Shown here: in pieces, positions 28,657 through 39,180 of the stretch
How positions within the stretch are numbered: position 1 is the stretch's first letter
Layout: each line of letters opens with the position of its first letter
Virus record (IMG/VR): IMGVR_UViG_3300021963_000090
Span: 14,282 to 78,281 of that record
DNA from: a virus
DNA length: 64,000 nucleotides
Reading direction: 5' to 3' (one strand)
Notes under the pieces: generated by a model
Database searches by the model: none
What the model saw: only the letters and a program-made list of their open reading frames with translations
What the model was told of the DNA's origin: nothing
Made by a program: the position numbers and the translations under genes

Positions 28657-29058
28657 TTAGTTGTAGTACTCCTGGACTTCCTTTGGAGTTGCTAATCTAA
28701 AGCCCTCCTCCTTATCAAAAATTTCTTGAGCCTTATCTTTATTCATTGCTACAAATGGGTGTTCTTTTGTGAACGTGTAACCCATAATATCATATCTAAA
28801 ATTAGCTCTGGTCATTCTTACTAATACTGTGTCTGCTGGCTGTTCCGCCTTTGGATCAAACTTAGGTAATACCTCTACTGACATATCTTCTTCGTCTTCT
28901 TCCATCTTATCAATGGTCTTGTTATATACAGACCAAGTTACGCCTTCTTCTGCGAGGGCGGCAATGATATCGGCTTTATTTTTTAGGCCTTCGGTTTCGA
29001 CTGCAAAGTCTTCTGCAATCTTTTTTAATTCAGATACCTTTAATGTCTCAAATGACAT
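28657..29058 (-). CDS. Protein with N-terminal Rho_N/HeH-like domain
   Basis: LKVSELKKIAEDF...KADIIAAL helix-extension-helix pattern; own TGCTATAAT promoter. Confidence 0.6.
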   Translation of the reverse strand: MSFETLKVSELKKIAEDFAVETEGLKNKADIIAALAEEGVTWSVYNKTIDKMEEDEEDMSVEVLPKFDPKAEQPADTVLVRMTRANFRYDIMGYTFTKEHPFVAMNKDKAQEIFDKEEGFRLATPKEVQEYYN

Positions 29059-29111
29059 ATATATATCTCCTCATTCTACTCAAATCAATTATAGCATTAC
29101 TAAATTAAAAT

Positions 29112-29138
29112 GAAAAGCCCCCAAAATTAATTGGGGGC
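29112..29138 (-). terminator. Intrinsic terminator after major capsid gene
   Basis: GCCCCCAA/TTGGGGGC stem followed by TTTTC. Confidence 0.75.
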
Positions 29139-29161
29139 CTTTCTTACGGGTTAATTCCTAA

Positions 29162-30211
29162 TTAGGAAGCTACCTTAACGTTCTTAACAACGACCCAAGC
29201 GTCTGCTTGTTCGATCTGGACACCAACACGAGTATACATTGTGTACTCAATTGAGTCCTTACGTGGCCAGAAGAAACGGTAAACGGTTACATCACGCTTG
29301 ATACCAATAACAACGTTATTTGGGAATGTCAAGTGGATATCTCCATGGTTACCTGTCTCACCTGTGTAGTCGCCATCTTGTGCTTCAGGAAGTAGTGGAA
29401 CTTCAACAATCGGAATACCGAATGCGAATGGAGCCACATAACCTGCTGGACCACCTAGAGGCTGTACACCTTGTCCACGGATTACGCTTGAAGCGATATC
29501 CTGTGGGATAGTGTTGTTTGTTCCAATGCTGTTAGCATATAGGAAATCTTGGATAAGGTTTGAACCTGCCAAGAAGCGAAGGTCTGCACGGCGTTGCTTG
29601 TACTTACGTGGAAGAGCCTTAAGAGCGCTGTTAAATACAGCACGGCTTACTGCAGCTCCTGCAGCATCGACAACGTGACCGTTTGCCTTTGCCTTCTTAA
29701 CTACACCATCAAATGCGCTGTAAAGCGGATCTGATCCTGCAGCATTACCATTAAGAACAACATCTTCAATGTCGTTACCTGCTTGTGTTGCCATCATTCT
29801 GGCAATATGATCTTCAAGATCAGCACCCTCAATATTGTCTTCTAGAGACTCAGTTGAAAGTTCCCAATCTAGACGAAGCTTCTTTGTTGAAAGAGAGATC
29901 TTTGAGAAAGTAACAGCTGCATTTGTTGCAGTGTTATCTCCTTCAGTTGCGAGCTTCATAAGCTTCTCGCCGACTGACATACGATCAATCTCAGTTGTAT
30001 CTGCTCTCATTCGGACAGTACGTGCGACCTTTCCAATTACGGTTGCGTCGAACATGTAGTCTAGGAAGCGGGCAGATTGTTCTGGGTTTAGAAGACCACC
30101 TGTTTCAGATGCACCAACATGAACTCCAGTTCCTGTAAGGGAACCACCGTTCATGCCTGCTGTTGCAGTTGTGCCTGCAGCAATAGTCTTTTCTAATGTT
30201 TCATTACTCAT
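29162..30211 (-). CDS. Major capsid protein (HK97 fold)
   Basis: GGLLNPEQ..F, ELSTESLEDNIEG, FGIPIVEVP motifs; follows protease/scaffold and precedes a terminator. Confidence 0.92.
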   Translation of the reverse strand: MSNETLEKTIAAGTTATAGMNGGSLTGTGVHVGASETGGLLNPEQSARFLDYMFDATVIGKVARTVRMRADTTEIDRMSVGEKLMKLATEGDNTATNAAVTFSKISLSTKKLRLDWELSTESLEDNIEGADLEDHIARMMATQAGNDIEDVVLNGNAAGSDPLYSAFDGVVKKAKANGHVVDAAGAAVSRAVFNSALKALPRKYKQRRADLRFLAGSNLIQDFLYANSIGTNNTIPQDIASSVIRGQGVQPLGGPAGYVAPFAFGIPIVEVPLLPEAQDGDYTGETGNHGDIHLTFPNNVVIGIKRDVTVYRFFWPRKDSIEYTMYTRVGVQIEQADAWVVVKNVKVAS

Positions 30212-30232
30212 TTATATTTTCACCTACCTTTT

Positions 30233-30775
30233 TTAGTTAAAAATTTCATTCACGGAACCGAGGAAAGAACCGTTCCACTTTGATTTTTTGATTGTTACTT
30301 CCTGAGACCCGCCAAGGTCCGAGGACTTCTTAATTGCAGTCTCTGATTCTACTGCATCGACACGCTTTTCTACGCCATCAATCGTGTTCTTGATATTTTC
30401 TACAGCCTTTGAAAGTGCTGCATGCTGTTCTGCCAATTCTGAAATTCGGCTATCTACGCTCTTGCTGAATGTCTCAACTGTATCTTTAATAGTTGAAACT
30501 TGAGCAGCATTTGCTTCTGAAGCCTTACTTAGTGTATCCGAGAAAAAGCCTTTAAGATCGCCTAGCATCTTTGCAAAATCAGGTTCATCAACCATAACTT
30601 CTGATACGTCGGCTGCTTTTTCTAGAACTTCGGCAGAAGCGTCTGCTACTGCATCTGCAGGAGCTTCTTCAACAGCTGGTGCTTCCTCTGCGGGAGCAAC
30701 TGCTGCTGTGTCTTCTACGGCTGCTTCTGGTGCTACTGCATCTTCTGCAACTACGTTTTCTGTATTATCTGACAC
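30233..30775 (-). CDS. Putative nested in-frame scaffold protein
   Basis: AAGGAGGT SD followed 6 nt later by an in-frame GTG at the start of the acidic domain. Confidence 0.6.
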   Translation of the reverse strand: MSDNTENVVAEDAVAPEAAVEDTAAVAPAEEAPAVEEAPADAVADASAEVLEKAADVSEVMVDEPDFAKMLGDLKGFFSDTLSKASEANAAQVSTIKDTVETFSKSVDSRISELAEQHAALSKAVENIKNTIDGVEKRVDAVESETAIKKSSDLGGSQEVTIKKSKWNGSFLGSVNEIFN

Positions 30776-31561
30776 TTCTTTACCTCCTTCTATGTCTGCC
30801 TGTTTTGCAATTTGTGTTTCAGGCATGGACAATCTTGACTTTTTGTGTAAATCAAGAATCTTATCTATTTCTTTTGCTTTGTTAACATCGTTTGATTCTA
30901 CCCAACCGATCAATGTTGCAGGCTTACCTGTAACTGGGGAATCGTATGATGATTCTGTTGATACAAATACTGAATCACTGTCTGCACAGTAAAAAATATT
31001 TTCTGCTACAACTTCTGTTGCCATTCCTTTAAATACTAGCTGCCCGTTCATTTTCTGAACAGACAAGATGTTGCATAGCTCATTTGCTGGTGAGTCAACT
31101 ACTGACAACTCCATCAATGCGTAATCTTTAATAAATCGAACTGTCTTACCAGTTGACTTGTTAACTTCGTTTTCTGAATCTACAATCTTTCCGCCGATTG
31201 AGAATCCTGCTAGAGTTCCATCAAGAATCTTTTCCCAAGTATCTTGTGCACCCTTTGAAATGTATGCGTCTACATAAACTCCATTGTAAAATTCTTTTGT
31301 TGCTGGATCGTAAAATGTTTCTGGTCTGAATGAAACCATCTTACCAACTGCGTTTGATCCGTGCATTTCACGAATGTTTCCACGGAAATTTTCGAATGCT
31401 TTTAGGCTTGCTTCTGCTGAAACAACGTCGCCTGTTTGATCTAGATTATCGAGTGTCGCAAAACCAGAAACTGTGCGCTTTTCACGATTGACTTTTGTGA
31501 ATGGCACAGATAAACTGATGTTATCGCCATGTGAAGACCATAAAGATTTTTCAATATTCAT
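30233..31561 (-). CDS. Prohead protease (HK97-type) fused to scaffold
   Basis: RTVSGFAT, IREMH, GFSIGG, ELSVVDSPAN motifs; acidic coiled-coil C-terminal half. Confidence 0.9.
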   Translation of the reverse strand: MNIEKSLWSSHGDNISLSVPFTKVNREKRTVSGFATLDNLDQTGDVVSAEASLKAFENFRGNIREMHGSNAVGKMVSFRPETFYDPATKEFYNGVYVDAYISKGAQDTWEKILDGTLAGFSIGGKIVDSENEVNKSTGKTVRFIKDYALMELSVVDSPANELCNILSVQKMNGQLVFKGMATEVVAENIFYCADSDSVFVSTESSYDSPVTGKPATLIGWVESNDVNKAKEIDKILDLHKKSRLSMPETQIAKQADIEGGKEVSDNTENVVAEDAVAPEAAVEDTAAVAPAEEAPAVEEAPADAVADASAEVLEKAADVSEVMVDEPDFAKMLGDLKGFFSDTLSKASEANAAQVSTIKDTVETFSKSVDSRISELAEQHAALSKAVENIKNTIDGVEKRVDAVESETAIKKSSDLGGSQEVTIKKSKWNGSFLGSVNEIFN

Positions 31562-31614
31562 ATGCTTAATTTTATAGCGTTATTCACTATAACGCAAATA
31601 ATGGTTGAGTAGGG

Positions 31615-33198
31615 CTAGTCGACTTGTCGTCCGTCACCCTGAGCATTTCTGCCTTCCCCAGAAATATCTGGTGAATTTGCAGACCTTTCGGAATCTCTAG
31701 TTCTAGTTTTACCAGCCTGTGCCCGAACCTCTGCCTGGGCCTGCGGCTTTAATTCTACAACTTTATCTCCGCCATCAAGTGGGACCATACCCATTCTAAT
31801 TCTAACTTCATTAGGGGTAATTACCTGCATTCTTAAATATCGCTCATCGATCTTAGACTGAGTATCTTCGTCGGTCAAGGTCAACTCATTGAATTTAAGA
31901 AGTAGGGCATCTGTCATTTCCTGAATAATTTTATTTAATTTCTTTTCTAAATTCATTTGAGCTGGACGACATACTTGCTCTCTAAACGTCTTATCAGCAT
32001 CTCTTGCCACCGCCAAGTTAACTCCCTCTGGAGTTCCAATCTTATTAATTGGGACACGATGAGATAATAGAATTTCATCTCTATTAGATTTACGATACAC
32101 GTTAAATGAAGACTCTTGAGTTCCTGCCTCAATTGGCTCCATCTTAAATTCAACCTTTGAGTCTGGTGAATCTGGTGGAAGTGGAATATATAGAGATCTG
32201 TGATTCTTTCCTCTTAGCCCAACCTGGAAAAATTCTAGAAGTTTACGCTCTGATTCTGTAGACAACTTAGCACCCTTTACAGTGATAATATATCTTGGAA
32301 CCGCCTTGTTTTCAAAGTAGTCAAGGTTGTACTTGCCAGCAAACTCGTTTCCTGCCATCGCATTCTGTGATGCAATAATATCTGGAATACCGTAATAGTT
32401 ATTTGTTGGTGTGTACTTCTTTAGATGAATAATTTCATTAGGACGCTCTAGGCCACCGTCAATTGGATTAGGAGTTTCTTGATCTCCGAAGTTACGGAAA
32501 TAAACAGCCTTGCCATAAAGCAATTGAATAAAGCCATCACGCAAACGGCGAACTCGCATAGTCTTTGCTGGGATATGTCCAACATATCCAATCTTGCCTG
32601 CTGAGGTTCTACCAATTTCAAGGTATCCATTACCTGTTGCCTCAACATCTGTATAAGCCTTAATTAAAGTTTCTGTAAATGTTTCTTCTTCATTGCATTC
32701 CTCTAGCCAATCATAAAGATCTTGACGAAGACGATTTAATTTACGACGTGCACGTTCTAGCGCTTTGTCGTCTGTAATGTTATCAAATGCTTCTTGTGTT
32801 TTTCTTGTCTCAACAAAGTCGTGGCCTAGGCCAACAATATTGGAAACCTTAGCATTAATTGCTGCATAATTGTATGGTGAAATTTCATAAATCTGTGAAA
32901 GGTAATCTAAGTTGTATGGTGGCTCAATAAGGTCAAACATCGCATAGCCAGTAATAGCTTGTGCAAGAAGATTCTGTTGTGTTTCTGTTCCATCAATTCC
33001 CTGGAAACGCTTTTGCAAATCTCTATTCATCTTACGACGGAATGAAGCACCTAATCCAGATACTTTTGTTAAATCTTCTCCCTGAATTTTAAATGGGTCA
33101 TTACTCTTTGATTCTACTGGAGCATTAAATCTCATCCAGTCTGCAACATTAGAAATTGATACTTCTTCTCCGCCTTCATCATCAATAAACTCTATCAT
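31615..33198 (-). CDS. Portal protein
   Basis: TGNGYLE, EIIHLK..YYGIPD, YFENKAVP, HRVP, ITPNEVR motifs. Confidence 0.93.
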   Translation of the reverse strand: MIEFIDDEGGEEVSISNVADWMRFNAPVESKSNDPFKIQGEDLTKVSGLGASFRRKMNRDLQKRFQGIDGTETQQNLLAQAITGYAMFDLIEPPYNLDYLSQIYEISPYNYAAINAKVSNIVGLGHDFVETRKTQEAFDNITDDKALERARRKLNRLRQDLYDWLEECNEEETFTETLIKAYTDVEATGNGYLEIGRTSAGKIGYVGHIPAKTMRVRRLRDGFIQLLYGKAVYFRNFGDQETPNPIDGGLERPNEIIHLKKYTPTNNYYGIPDIIASQNAMAGNEFAGKYNLDYFENKAVPRYIITVKGAKLSTESERKLLEFFQVGLRGKNHRSLYIPLPPDSPDSKVEFKMEPIEAGTQESSFNVYRKSNRDEILLSHRVPINKIGTPEGVNLAVARDADKTFREQVCRPAQMNLEKKLNKIIQEMTDALLLKFNELTLTDEDTQSKIDERYLRMQVITPNEVRIRMGMVPLDGGDKVVELKPQAQAEVRAQAGKTRTRDSERSANSPDISGEGRNAQGDGRQVD

Positions 33199-33542
33199 CT
33201 TGTTCCCCCATTTTTAAGAGCCTTCATCTGGTCTTTATATTCACCGATATCTAAAGGATCTGGTGTAAGTCCCCACTTTAATCTTGTTTGCTGTTCTTCG
33301 AATTCTTCGTCGTTGATTTTTCGTTTACCCATAAGAAATTTAGGCCCGCCCTCATATATACCGTATGTGCGAACTTCTCTAGCCAAAGCATCGATTCTGG
33401 ATCTATTGCCTTTTTTTGACGTGACCGAAAGAAAGTTCCCATCATCGTCTCCAATCCAGCGACCATCTGGCATTTCCCAGACATAGATTCCGAGAGTTGT
33501 TTCGTCCTCGTTAAACTTTGCGCCTAATCTTTTGATATCCAT
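33195..33542 (-). CDS. Hypothetical protein upstream of portal
   Basis: 115 aa, coupled to portal; no terminase motifs. Confidence 0.7.
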   Translation of the reverse strand: MDIKRLGAKFNEDETTLGIYVWEMPDGRWIGDDDGNFLSVTSKKGNRSRIDALAREVRTYGIYEGGPKFLMGKRKINDEEFEEQQTRLKWGLTPDPLDIGEYKDQMKALKNGGTR

Positions 33543-33605
33543 ATAGTTTTATTTTACCATTCTTTACAATCTAAGTCCAGCTTTTTGTCAAGGTATGTGA
33601 CAAAT

Positions 33606-35351
33606 TTATACGCTTTGAAGCACGATCCAGTCATTATTGTATGCAATAATATCAGATTCTGTCAGGGTAACTGACGGTTCTGATATTGTAGATACCGCTC
33701 TACCTGTATATAGCTCATAATGGGTTTCTACTAGCCCTGAAGTTAATTCTTTTTCATAGGTAGCAATATTCTTATATAGGTTGCTTGGTCCGCCTGCCGT
33801 CTCATAATTTAATTGAATAGCACCTGTAATTGGGGTAGTAAATACAACAACTATATAATGGGGTTCTTCTTCAACTAAATATGAACTAATGTTTGTCTGA
33901 TTAGTTACATCTACATTGTTTACATAGATCTTGGCTATATTGGCCTTAGAGACCACTCCAGAGCCGTTCCAGGCCAGTCTGGTAGCAGAAGGGTCGGAAC
34001 CGTAGATAAGGGTGTTAGAAGCCAACGTAAGCGGTGTGAAGAACATCTCTACAGACTTGATATCAGACAATGTGTTGATATTAAATCCTGCTCCATTTTT
34101 AGCCCTAATTCCGTTTGTATAGTTTCTGGAAAGAATAGGATAATTTAAAGATCCTAAATAATATTCTGTATTTGATGTTATCTTGTCCCCGAAATTATCT
34201 GCGTATATATCTTTATTTGTATAGAAGGCAATACAGAAGAATGATAGTTTTGGTAGATATTTGTTAGCATCTGATGTTGTCATTGTTATTCTAATATATA
34301 ATTTACCAGATGCGTCAAATGAATCTTTGGTATATTGAGGAACTGGCTGACCATTTACACATGATACATATGTGGTTCCGTCAACACTTGTTTCTACTGT
34401 AACTCCTAAATCATTCCGCCATTCTACCTTTGATGTTATAAGGTTCATTTCTGATGGAACTAATATAAAGTCATTGATTACAAAGGTTTTTGATTCCGCC
34501 GTTTCTGTTTCAAGGAAACCAAGGTGTTTATTTAAAACATCATAATATGTATTATCGTCTAGCCAATTAGTCCATGGCTTATCTACTGGATAAGAGTAAT
34601 CAAACACAGCTTTCATATTAGCGTCTGATCCGCTATAGAAAACTCCCTCATCTGGATATGCTACTTGAATTGCTGGGGATGTTACATTGCCATTGATATA
34701 ATGGCTTAGAATAGTTTTTGATGGCAAAGAATATCTGTATGCTGCTGGAGCATCTACAATAAATGTATCGCCAGATGTTGTTGTAGGACCAACACTTAAT
34801 GATAGCGCTGTATTTGTGAATTTAAAACTAGTTAGAGATTTAGACTCTACCTCTACTCCATCAATATAAAGAGATATAGATTCACCAGTGTAATTACCTA
34901 CTAGATGAGTTGTCTTTCTTGAATATGATAATGGGGCTATTACGAACTCTGTTTCAGAGACCTTGAAAAGAATATGTCCTTTGTCCCAAAACAATCCTAT
35001 ATCATTTGTAGAATCTGCAAATAGCGTTGTCTCTGCTGTTGATTCAATTGATGGGCTAATCCAGCATTCTAGTGTAAAGTCATTATCAGATGTATCTGAT
35101 GTTCCAAACGAGGATGAGACTGTTGCTCCATAGTAATCTTTTGTTACTGGTAATGTTATATATGCTGTATTGGTTATCTTTGTCCCAGATCCGCCGCCTG
35201 ATACTAAAGGAAGAATATTAGATGCGGGAGACCCTACGTAAGTTCCATTATTGCCGCACCCTGATGAGTCAGAAGCGGTGGTACCAGAAGACTCGTCCAA
35301 CGGCCAGAAGCCAATTGGATAGTCTTTAATTACCTTTAATTGATAACTCAT
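33606..35351 (-). CDS. Structural protein with LamG/concanavalin-A-like domain
   Basis: PIGFWPLDESSGT..D.SG.GN.GTY, FTLECWI, HLVG, LYIDG motifs. Confidence 0.75.
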   Translation of the reverse strand: MSYQLKVIKDYPIGFWPLDESSGTTASDSSGCGNNGTYVGSPASNILPLVSGGGSGTKITNTAYITLPVTKDYYGATVSSSFGTSDTSDNDFTLECWISPSIESTAETTLFADSTNDIGLFWDKGHILFKVSETEFVIAPLSYSRKTTHLVGNYTGESISLYIDGVEVESKSLTSFKFTNTALSLSVGPTTTSGDTFIVDAPAAYRYSLPSKTILSHYINGNVTSPAIQVAYPDEGVFYSGSDANMKAVFDYSYPVDKPWTNWLDDNTYYDVLNKHLGFLETETAESKTFVINDFILVPSEMNLITSKVEWRNDLGVTVETSVDGTTYVSCVNGQPVPQYTKDSFDASGKLYIRITMTTSDANKYLPKLSFFCIAFYTNKDIYADNFGDKITSNTEYYLGSLNYPILSRNYTNGIRAKNGAGFNINTLSDIKSVEMFFTPLTLASNTLIYGSDPSATRLAWNGSGVVSKANIAKIYVNNVDVTNQTNISSYLVEEEPHYIVVVFTTPITGAIQLNYETAGGPSNLYKNIATYEKELTSGLVETHYELYTGRAVSTISEPSVTLTESDIIAYNNDWIVLQSV

Positions 35352-35386
35352 ATTGTTATTATACCAACGAATGGGTATTGGGTATA

Positions 35387-35656
35387 TTACTCTGCTGGGG
35401 CTGTGTTTTTAGCATTAAGTAGGTTTACTACTGTTTCTGCCGTCTGCCTAATATCTAGAGCACGAGAAATTTCTTGGCATCCCATACGGATATCTGAAAT
35501 GTTTGCTACTCTATCAAGCTTTAGCTTTTGCCCAATATCTGTTACTACTTTAAATTGACCGTCTTTATCTTTGATTACAAAGAATACGGTTTCTACTTCC
35601 GCCGCTTCTGGGGCGGCAACTTCTGTTGATTCAACTGAATCTATATTTTCTGACAT
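35387..35656 (-). CDS. Hypothetical protein
   Basis: 89 aa; TGATATACT upstream. Confidence 0.6.
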   Translation of the reverse strand: MSENIDSVESTEVAAPEAAEVETVFFVIKDKDGQFKVVTDIGQKLKLDRVANISDIRMGCQEISRALDIRQTAETVVNLLNAKNTAPAE

Positions 35657-35710
35657 AATTATCCTATCTCTTAAAAGTCAGTATATCAAATTATTTTATG
35701 AATGTCTATG

Positions 35711-36640
35711 TTAAAGTGGATAACGAATTATAACAATTCCAGATCCACCAGCGCCTGTTGTTCCAGAGTCTCTAATTCCTCCGCCGCCAGAACCAGTATT
35801 TGCTATACCATTTCTATTTTGACTATTTGTACTAGAGTTAGATGATCCCATTCCGCCGATTCCATTTTTCATAGAGCCTACCCAAGAACCACCAGATGCA
35901 CATCCTCCTCCACCTGCTGCATAAAATTGAGAGCTTCCGCTTATAGAATACTGTAAACCGTTTCCACCTTCTCCGCCTATGCCATTAGTTACAGTGTTAT
36001 TAGCATTTGTTCCTGCGCTACCTGCCCCACCGCCACCGCCGCCAGACCAATTGTCTCCTCCAGATCCAGGCCTTCCTTCTCCTCCATTGTTACCTTGCCC
36101 AGATGTTCCTGAACCACCAGGTCTGCCAGTACTTGTATCGTCTCCTCCGCCTCCACCACCTGAACCGCCAGGTCTGCCAAATCCGCCGCCAAGTCCGTCG
36201 TTACCAGTTGCTGGTGGATAATTATTGCTTGAAGGATGAGCCCCACCGCCACCGCCTCTTATAGCTGTTACACCAAATGCAGATGAATTATTTCCATAAT
36301 TTCCTACTTGTCCTGGATTGCTTGAAACACCGCCTGCGCCTACAACTATTGAATAATTTGAAGTATTTACTTGATATTGTGAAGAATATATAAGCCCTCC
36401 AGCGCCACCACCGCCACCAACTTGGCCTCCTCCGCCTCCGCCACCTGCGACAATTAAATACTCTATTGCTCCAGAAATTTCTGTGTTAAAAGTAAAGCTT
36501 CCAGGTGTTGTAAAAGTATGTATTTTATAGCCTCCAGCGTTTGTAATTGTTCCACCAGTTCCGCCAAGACCTTTGTTGGTTGCATTTTTTATTTTGCCTT
36601 GGGAGCCGAATGATCCTCTTACGCTATTAATAAATGGCAT
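35711..36640 (-). CDS. Glycine-rich adhesin-like protein (copy A)
   Basis: Poly-Gly tracts, YKIHTFT, EYLIVAGGGGGG and C-terminal GGSGIVIIRY; paralogue of 42762-43685. Confidence 0.75.
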   Translation of the reverse strand: MPFINSVRGSFGSQGKIKNATNKGLGGTGGTITNAGGYKIHTFTTPGSFTFNTEISGAIEYLIVAGGGGGGGQVGGGGGAGGLIYSSQYQVNTSNYSIVVGAGGVSSNPGQVGNYGNNSSAFGVTAIRGGGGGAHPSSNNYPPATGNDGLGGGFGRPGGSGGGGGGDDTSTGRPGGSGTSGQGNNGGEGRPGSGGDNWSGGGGGGAGSAGTNANNTVTNGIGGEGGNGLQYSISGSSQFYAAGGGGCASGGSWVGSMKNGIGGMGSSNSSTNSQNRNGIANTGSGGGGIRDSGTTGAGGSGIVIIRYPL

Positions 36641-36649
36641 TTTTATCCT

Positions 36650-38869
36650 TTAGTAGTTTAGATTTGAGTTTGCAAAAACAATCCAACTGCTTCCTGATCT
36701 AATGAAAGTAAATGAGAATACATCTATTTTATTTGCAGAAGATGTTGGTAGCGGAGCCTGACCATTTGGCCAACGAATTGTTTGATTTGTTCCACTAATC
36801 TGAATAGTTGTTGGAAGATATCCAGTTGAGCCTTGAGTTACAAGTACGTTTACTGTCATAACCTTATCATTATCTGTTGGCATGTTAGTAAAGTTAAATG
36901 TCATGTTTCCTGTTGGAGCCGTTGAAATATAATAAATGTTTCCAAGTGCCCAATCGCATGTAGCTGTATTTGTAGATAATGTAACAGGAACTAGATTTTC
37001 TCTTAATTCTTGAATATCTACAGTACCGCTAAGAGATACTGTTCCAGTAGCTGTAAGCCCTCCAGTAATTCCTACTGTTCCTGTAGCTGTAATTGATCCC
37101 GAAGTAATAGCGCCAGTTCTAATATCTGCGTATGTTAATGAACCCTGGGAGAAGTCAAGTGTATTAGTTGGCTTTGTTGTTGCACCCTTGAAGAATTTAA
37201 ATACTCCATCTGATGCATCACGCAATACTCCAGCGTATTTTGTTCCGCTTGACACGTATTCACCAACAAGTCCTAAATCGATTGCATCTCCTGTATTGCC
37301 ATCAGCAACGAATACGATTGGAAAAGCCACTTCGAGAGTTTGTACACCAGTTTGTGAACCAGATCCACCGAAGGAAAGATTGCCTGCGATATTTACATCA
37401 CCCTGGATACCGACTCCTCCAACAATTGTTACTGCACCAGTAGATGGTGAAGTTGATGGTGTTGCAATTTCAATATGCATATTGCCAGGACGTACACCAG
37501 TTTTTGGTGGTGTAATTACAACCTGAACATTTTCTTCATCATCAAATCCTCCAGCTGCGAGAACAATTGAGTTATCTGATCCATTTGCTCCAGTAGCAAT
37601 TACTAGATTTCCGTCTCCAGTAGTTATTGCTGGTGCTTCATAAAATATATAACCATCATGTGGTCCTGTTATTCCAAATGTTGTCTGTGAAAATGTTGAG
37701 CCAGTAACACCCATATCGATCCAGCCAGCGGTATCATTTCCAGTATCGGCATAAGCAATAAAGTCTGTTGATGAATTTGCTGATTGGTTATGGATTGCAA
37801 CCTGTGCAAACGGCTCACCATTTAATTCAAATACCGCACCTGGATTTGTTAAGTCTGCAGAAGTTTCAAATGTTCTAGCATTTTGACCTACATATACTGT
37901 TCCAGTAAGAGCTGTATCTCCTACGATATTTACGTTTTGTGAGAAGTCTACTTCTGTTGTTGAAATAACAATTTGCTCGGCACCACTTTGTAGTCCACCC
38001 GCCGCAATAATAATATTATTAGATAAACCAGTAGAATCTGTTGCAAGCACTAGGTTGCCATCTCCTGTAAACTTGTTAACCTGTGAGTTAATAACTGATG
38101 TTAAAGCAATGTTTCCTGCTGTGTATCCTGCGGGAACTGCAACTACAACCTGTGTTGAAGTTGGTGCTGAAACAACTGTATATCGACCTTCTAAGGTCGG
38201 AGCCACTGGAAGAATTAAGTCAAAGATCACTCCAGCAATCATTTGATGTGGAGTTCCAGTAATAAGATTTAGGCTTGAGCCCGCAACGCTATACTGACTT
38301 ACTGTAACAACTCCCGCAATAGCACCTGACATAAATACATATCCATCGCCAGGTCCTGTCAACGAAAATGCAGGGTCATTAAAAGATTGATTAGTAATAC
38401 CCATATCGATCCAGCCTGACTCATTTGTACCATTTGAGGCATACGCAATGAAGTCGGCGGAAGATGATAAACCAGCTCCTGTATTCACAAGGGCTGTTTG
38501 AACAAAACTATTTGAAGATCCTTCAATACCTAAAGCTACATCTGTTAAATCTGCAGCAGTAATAAAGTCTGTAATATCTTCGCCAATTAAAAATGTATCG
38601 AAAGAATCAGACCAGAATGTGAGGGTTCCGTCTGTCTTTAATACTTTGCCTGCTTGACCTTCGGTTGGTGGGATTTCAGAACCTTCCACCATACGTGTCC
38701 AGTAATCTGTATCTGTAATGACTTCGCCAGTTGATGGGACTTCATTTGTATAAATCCAAACAATATTATTATATCGAACAACGTCGTTTAACTTATACTC
38801 TACTTCAGTATCCCAATCCCCTTTCCAAATAAAGCGGATTGATCCAAGATTAATAATTTGCGTTGCCAT
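36650..38869 (-). CDS. Fibre-like structural protein (copy A)
   Basis: N-terminal WKGDW..Y..NDVVRY module, internally duplicated DFIAY..GWIDMG domain, C-terminal IDVFSFT domain; paralogue of 43697-45871. Confidence 0.75.
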   Translation of the reverse strand: MATQIINLGSIRFIWKGDWDTEVEYKLNDVVRYNNIVWIYTNEVPSTGEVITDTDYWTRMVEGSEIPPTEGQAGKVLKTDGTLTFWSDSFDTFLIGEDITDFITAADLTDVALGIEGSSNSFVQTALVNTGAGLSSSADFIAYASNGTNESGWIDMGITNQSFNDPAFSLTGPGDGYVFMSGAIAGVVTVSQYSVAGSSLNLITGTPHQMIAGVIFDLILPVAPTLEGRYTVVSAPTSTQVVVAVPAGYTAGNIALTSVINSQVNKFTGDGNLVLATDSTGLSNNIIIAAGGLQSGAEQIVISTTEVDFSQNVNIVGDTALTGTVYVGQNARTFETSADLTNPGAVFELNGEPFAQVAIHNQSANSSTDFIAYADTGNDTAGWIDMGVTGSTFSQTTFGITGPHDGYIFYEAPAITTGDGNLVIATGANGSDNSIVLAAGGFDDEENVQVVITPPKTGVRPGNMHIEIATPSTSPSTGAVTIVGGVGIQGDVNIAGNLSFGGSGSQTGVQTLEVAFPIVFVADGNTGDAIDLGLVGEYVSSGTKYAGVLRDASDGVFKFFKGATTKPTNTLDFSQGSLTYADIRTGAITSGSITATGTVGITGGLTATGTVSLSGTVDIQELRENLVPVTLSTNTATCDWALGNIYYISTAPTGNMTFNFTNMPTDNDKVMTVNVLVTQGSTGYLPTTIQISGTNQTIRWPNGQAPLPTSSANKIDVFSFTFIRSGSSWIVFANSNLNY

Positions 38870-39180
38870 TAGTTTACCCTCACTATAAGATTAGACTTGT
38901 CTGCTTCAGACCATTCGAATTCTAATTCTCGTGTTGTAAATGTCCATTCACGATAATCAGTACTTCTACGATTTTGATCTGGCAGTACTACTTCTGTTGT
39001 TCCATCTTCTATAATTTCTAAAGACAATTGTCCAGAAACTGGAAGATATTTAAATCCATAAAATGATCCAAGATTTGATCCTGGAATCTGTTGCCAATAA
39101 TCGCCTGTCCATTCCCATGCAATTTCGCCAAGAGTGTAGGTGTCACCTACAGATGGCGTTGCTGGAAAAGTAACTGGCAT
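38869..39180 (-). CDS. Small adaptor-like structural protein (copy A)
   Basis: N-terminal FPxxPxxG..WxWxGxxW module; paralogue of 45875-46237. Confidence 0.65.
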   Translation of the reverse strand: MPVTFPATPSVGDTYTLGEIAWEWTGDYWQQIPGSNLGSFYGFKYLPVSGQLSLEIIEDGTTEVVLPDQNRRSTDYREWTFTTRELEFEWSEADKSNLIVRVN

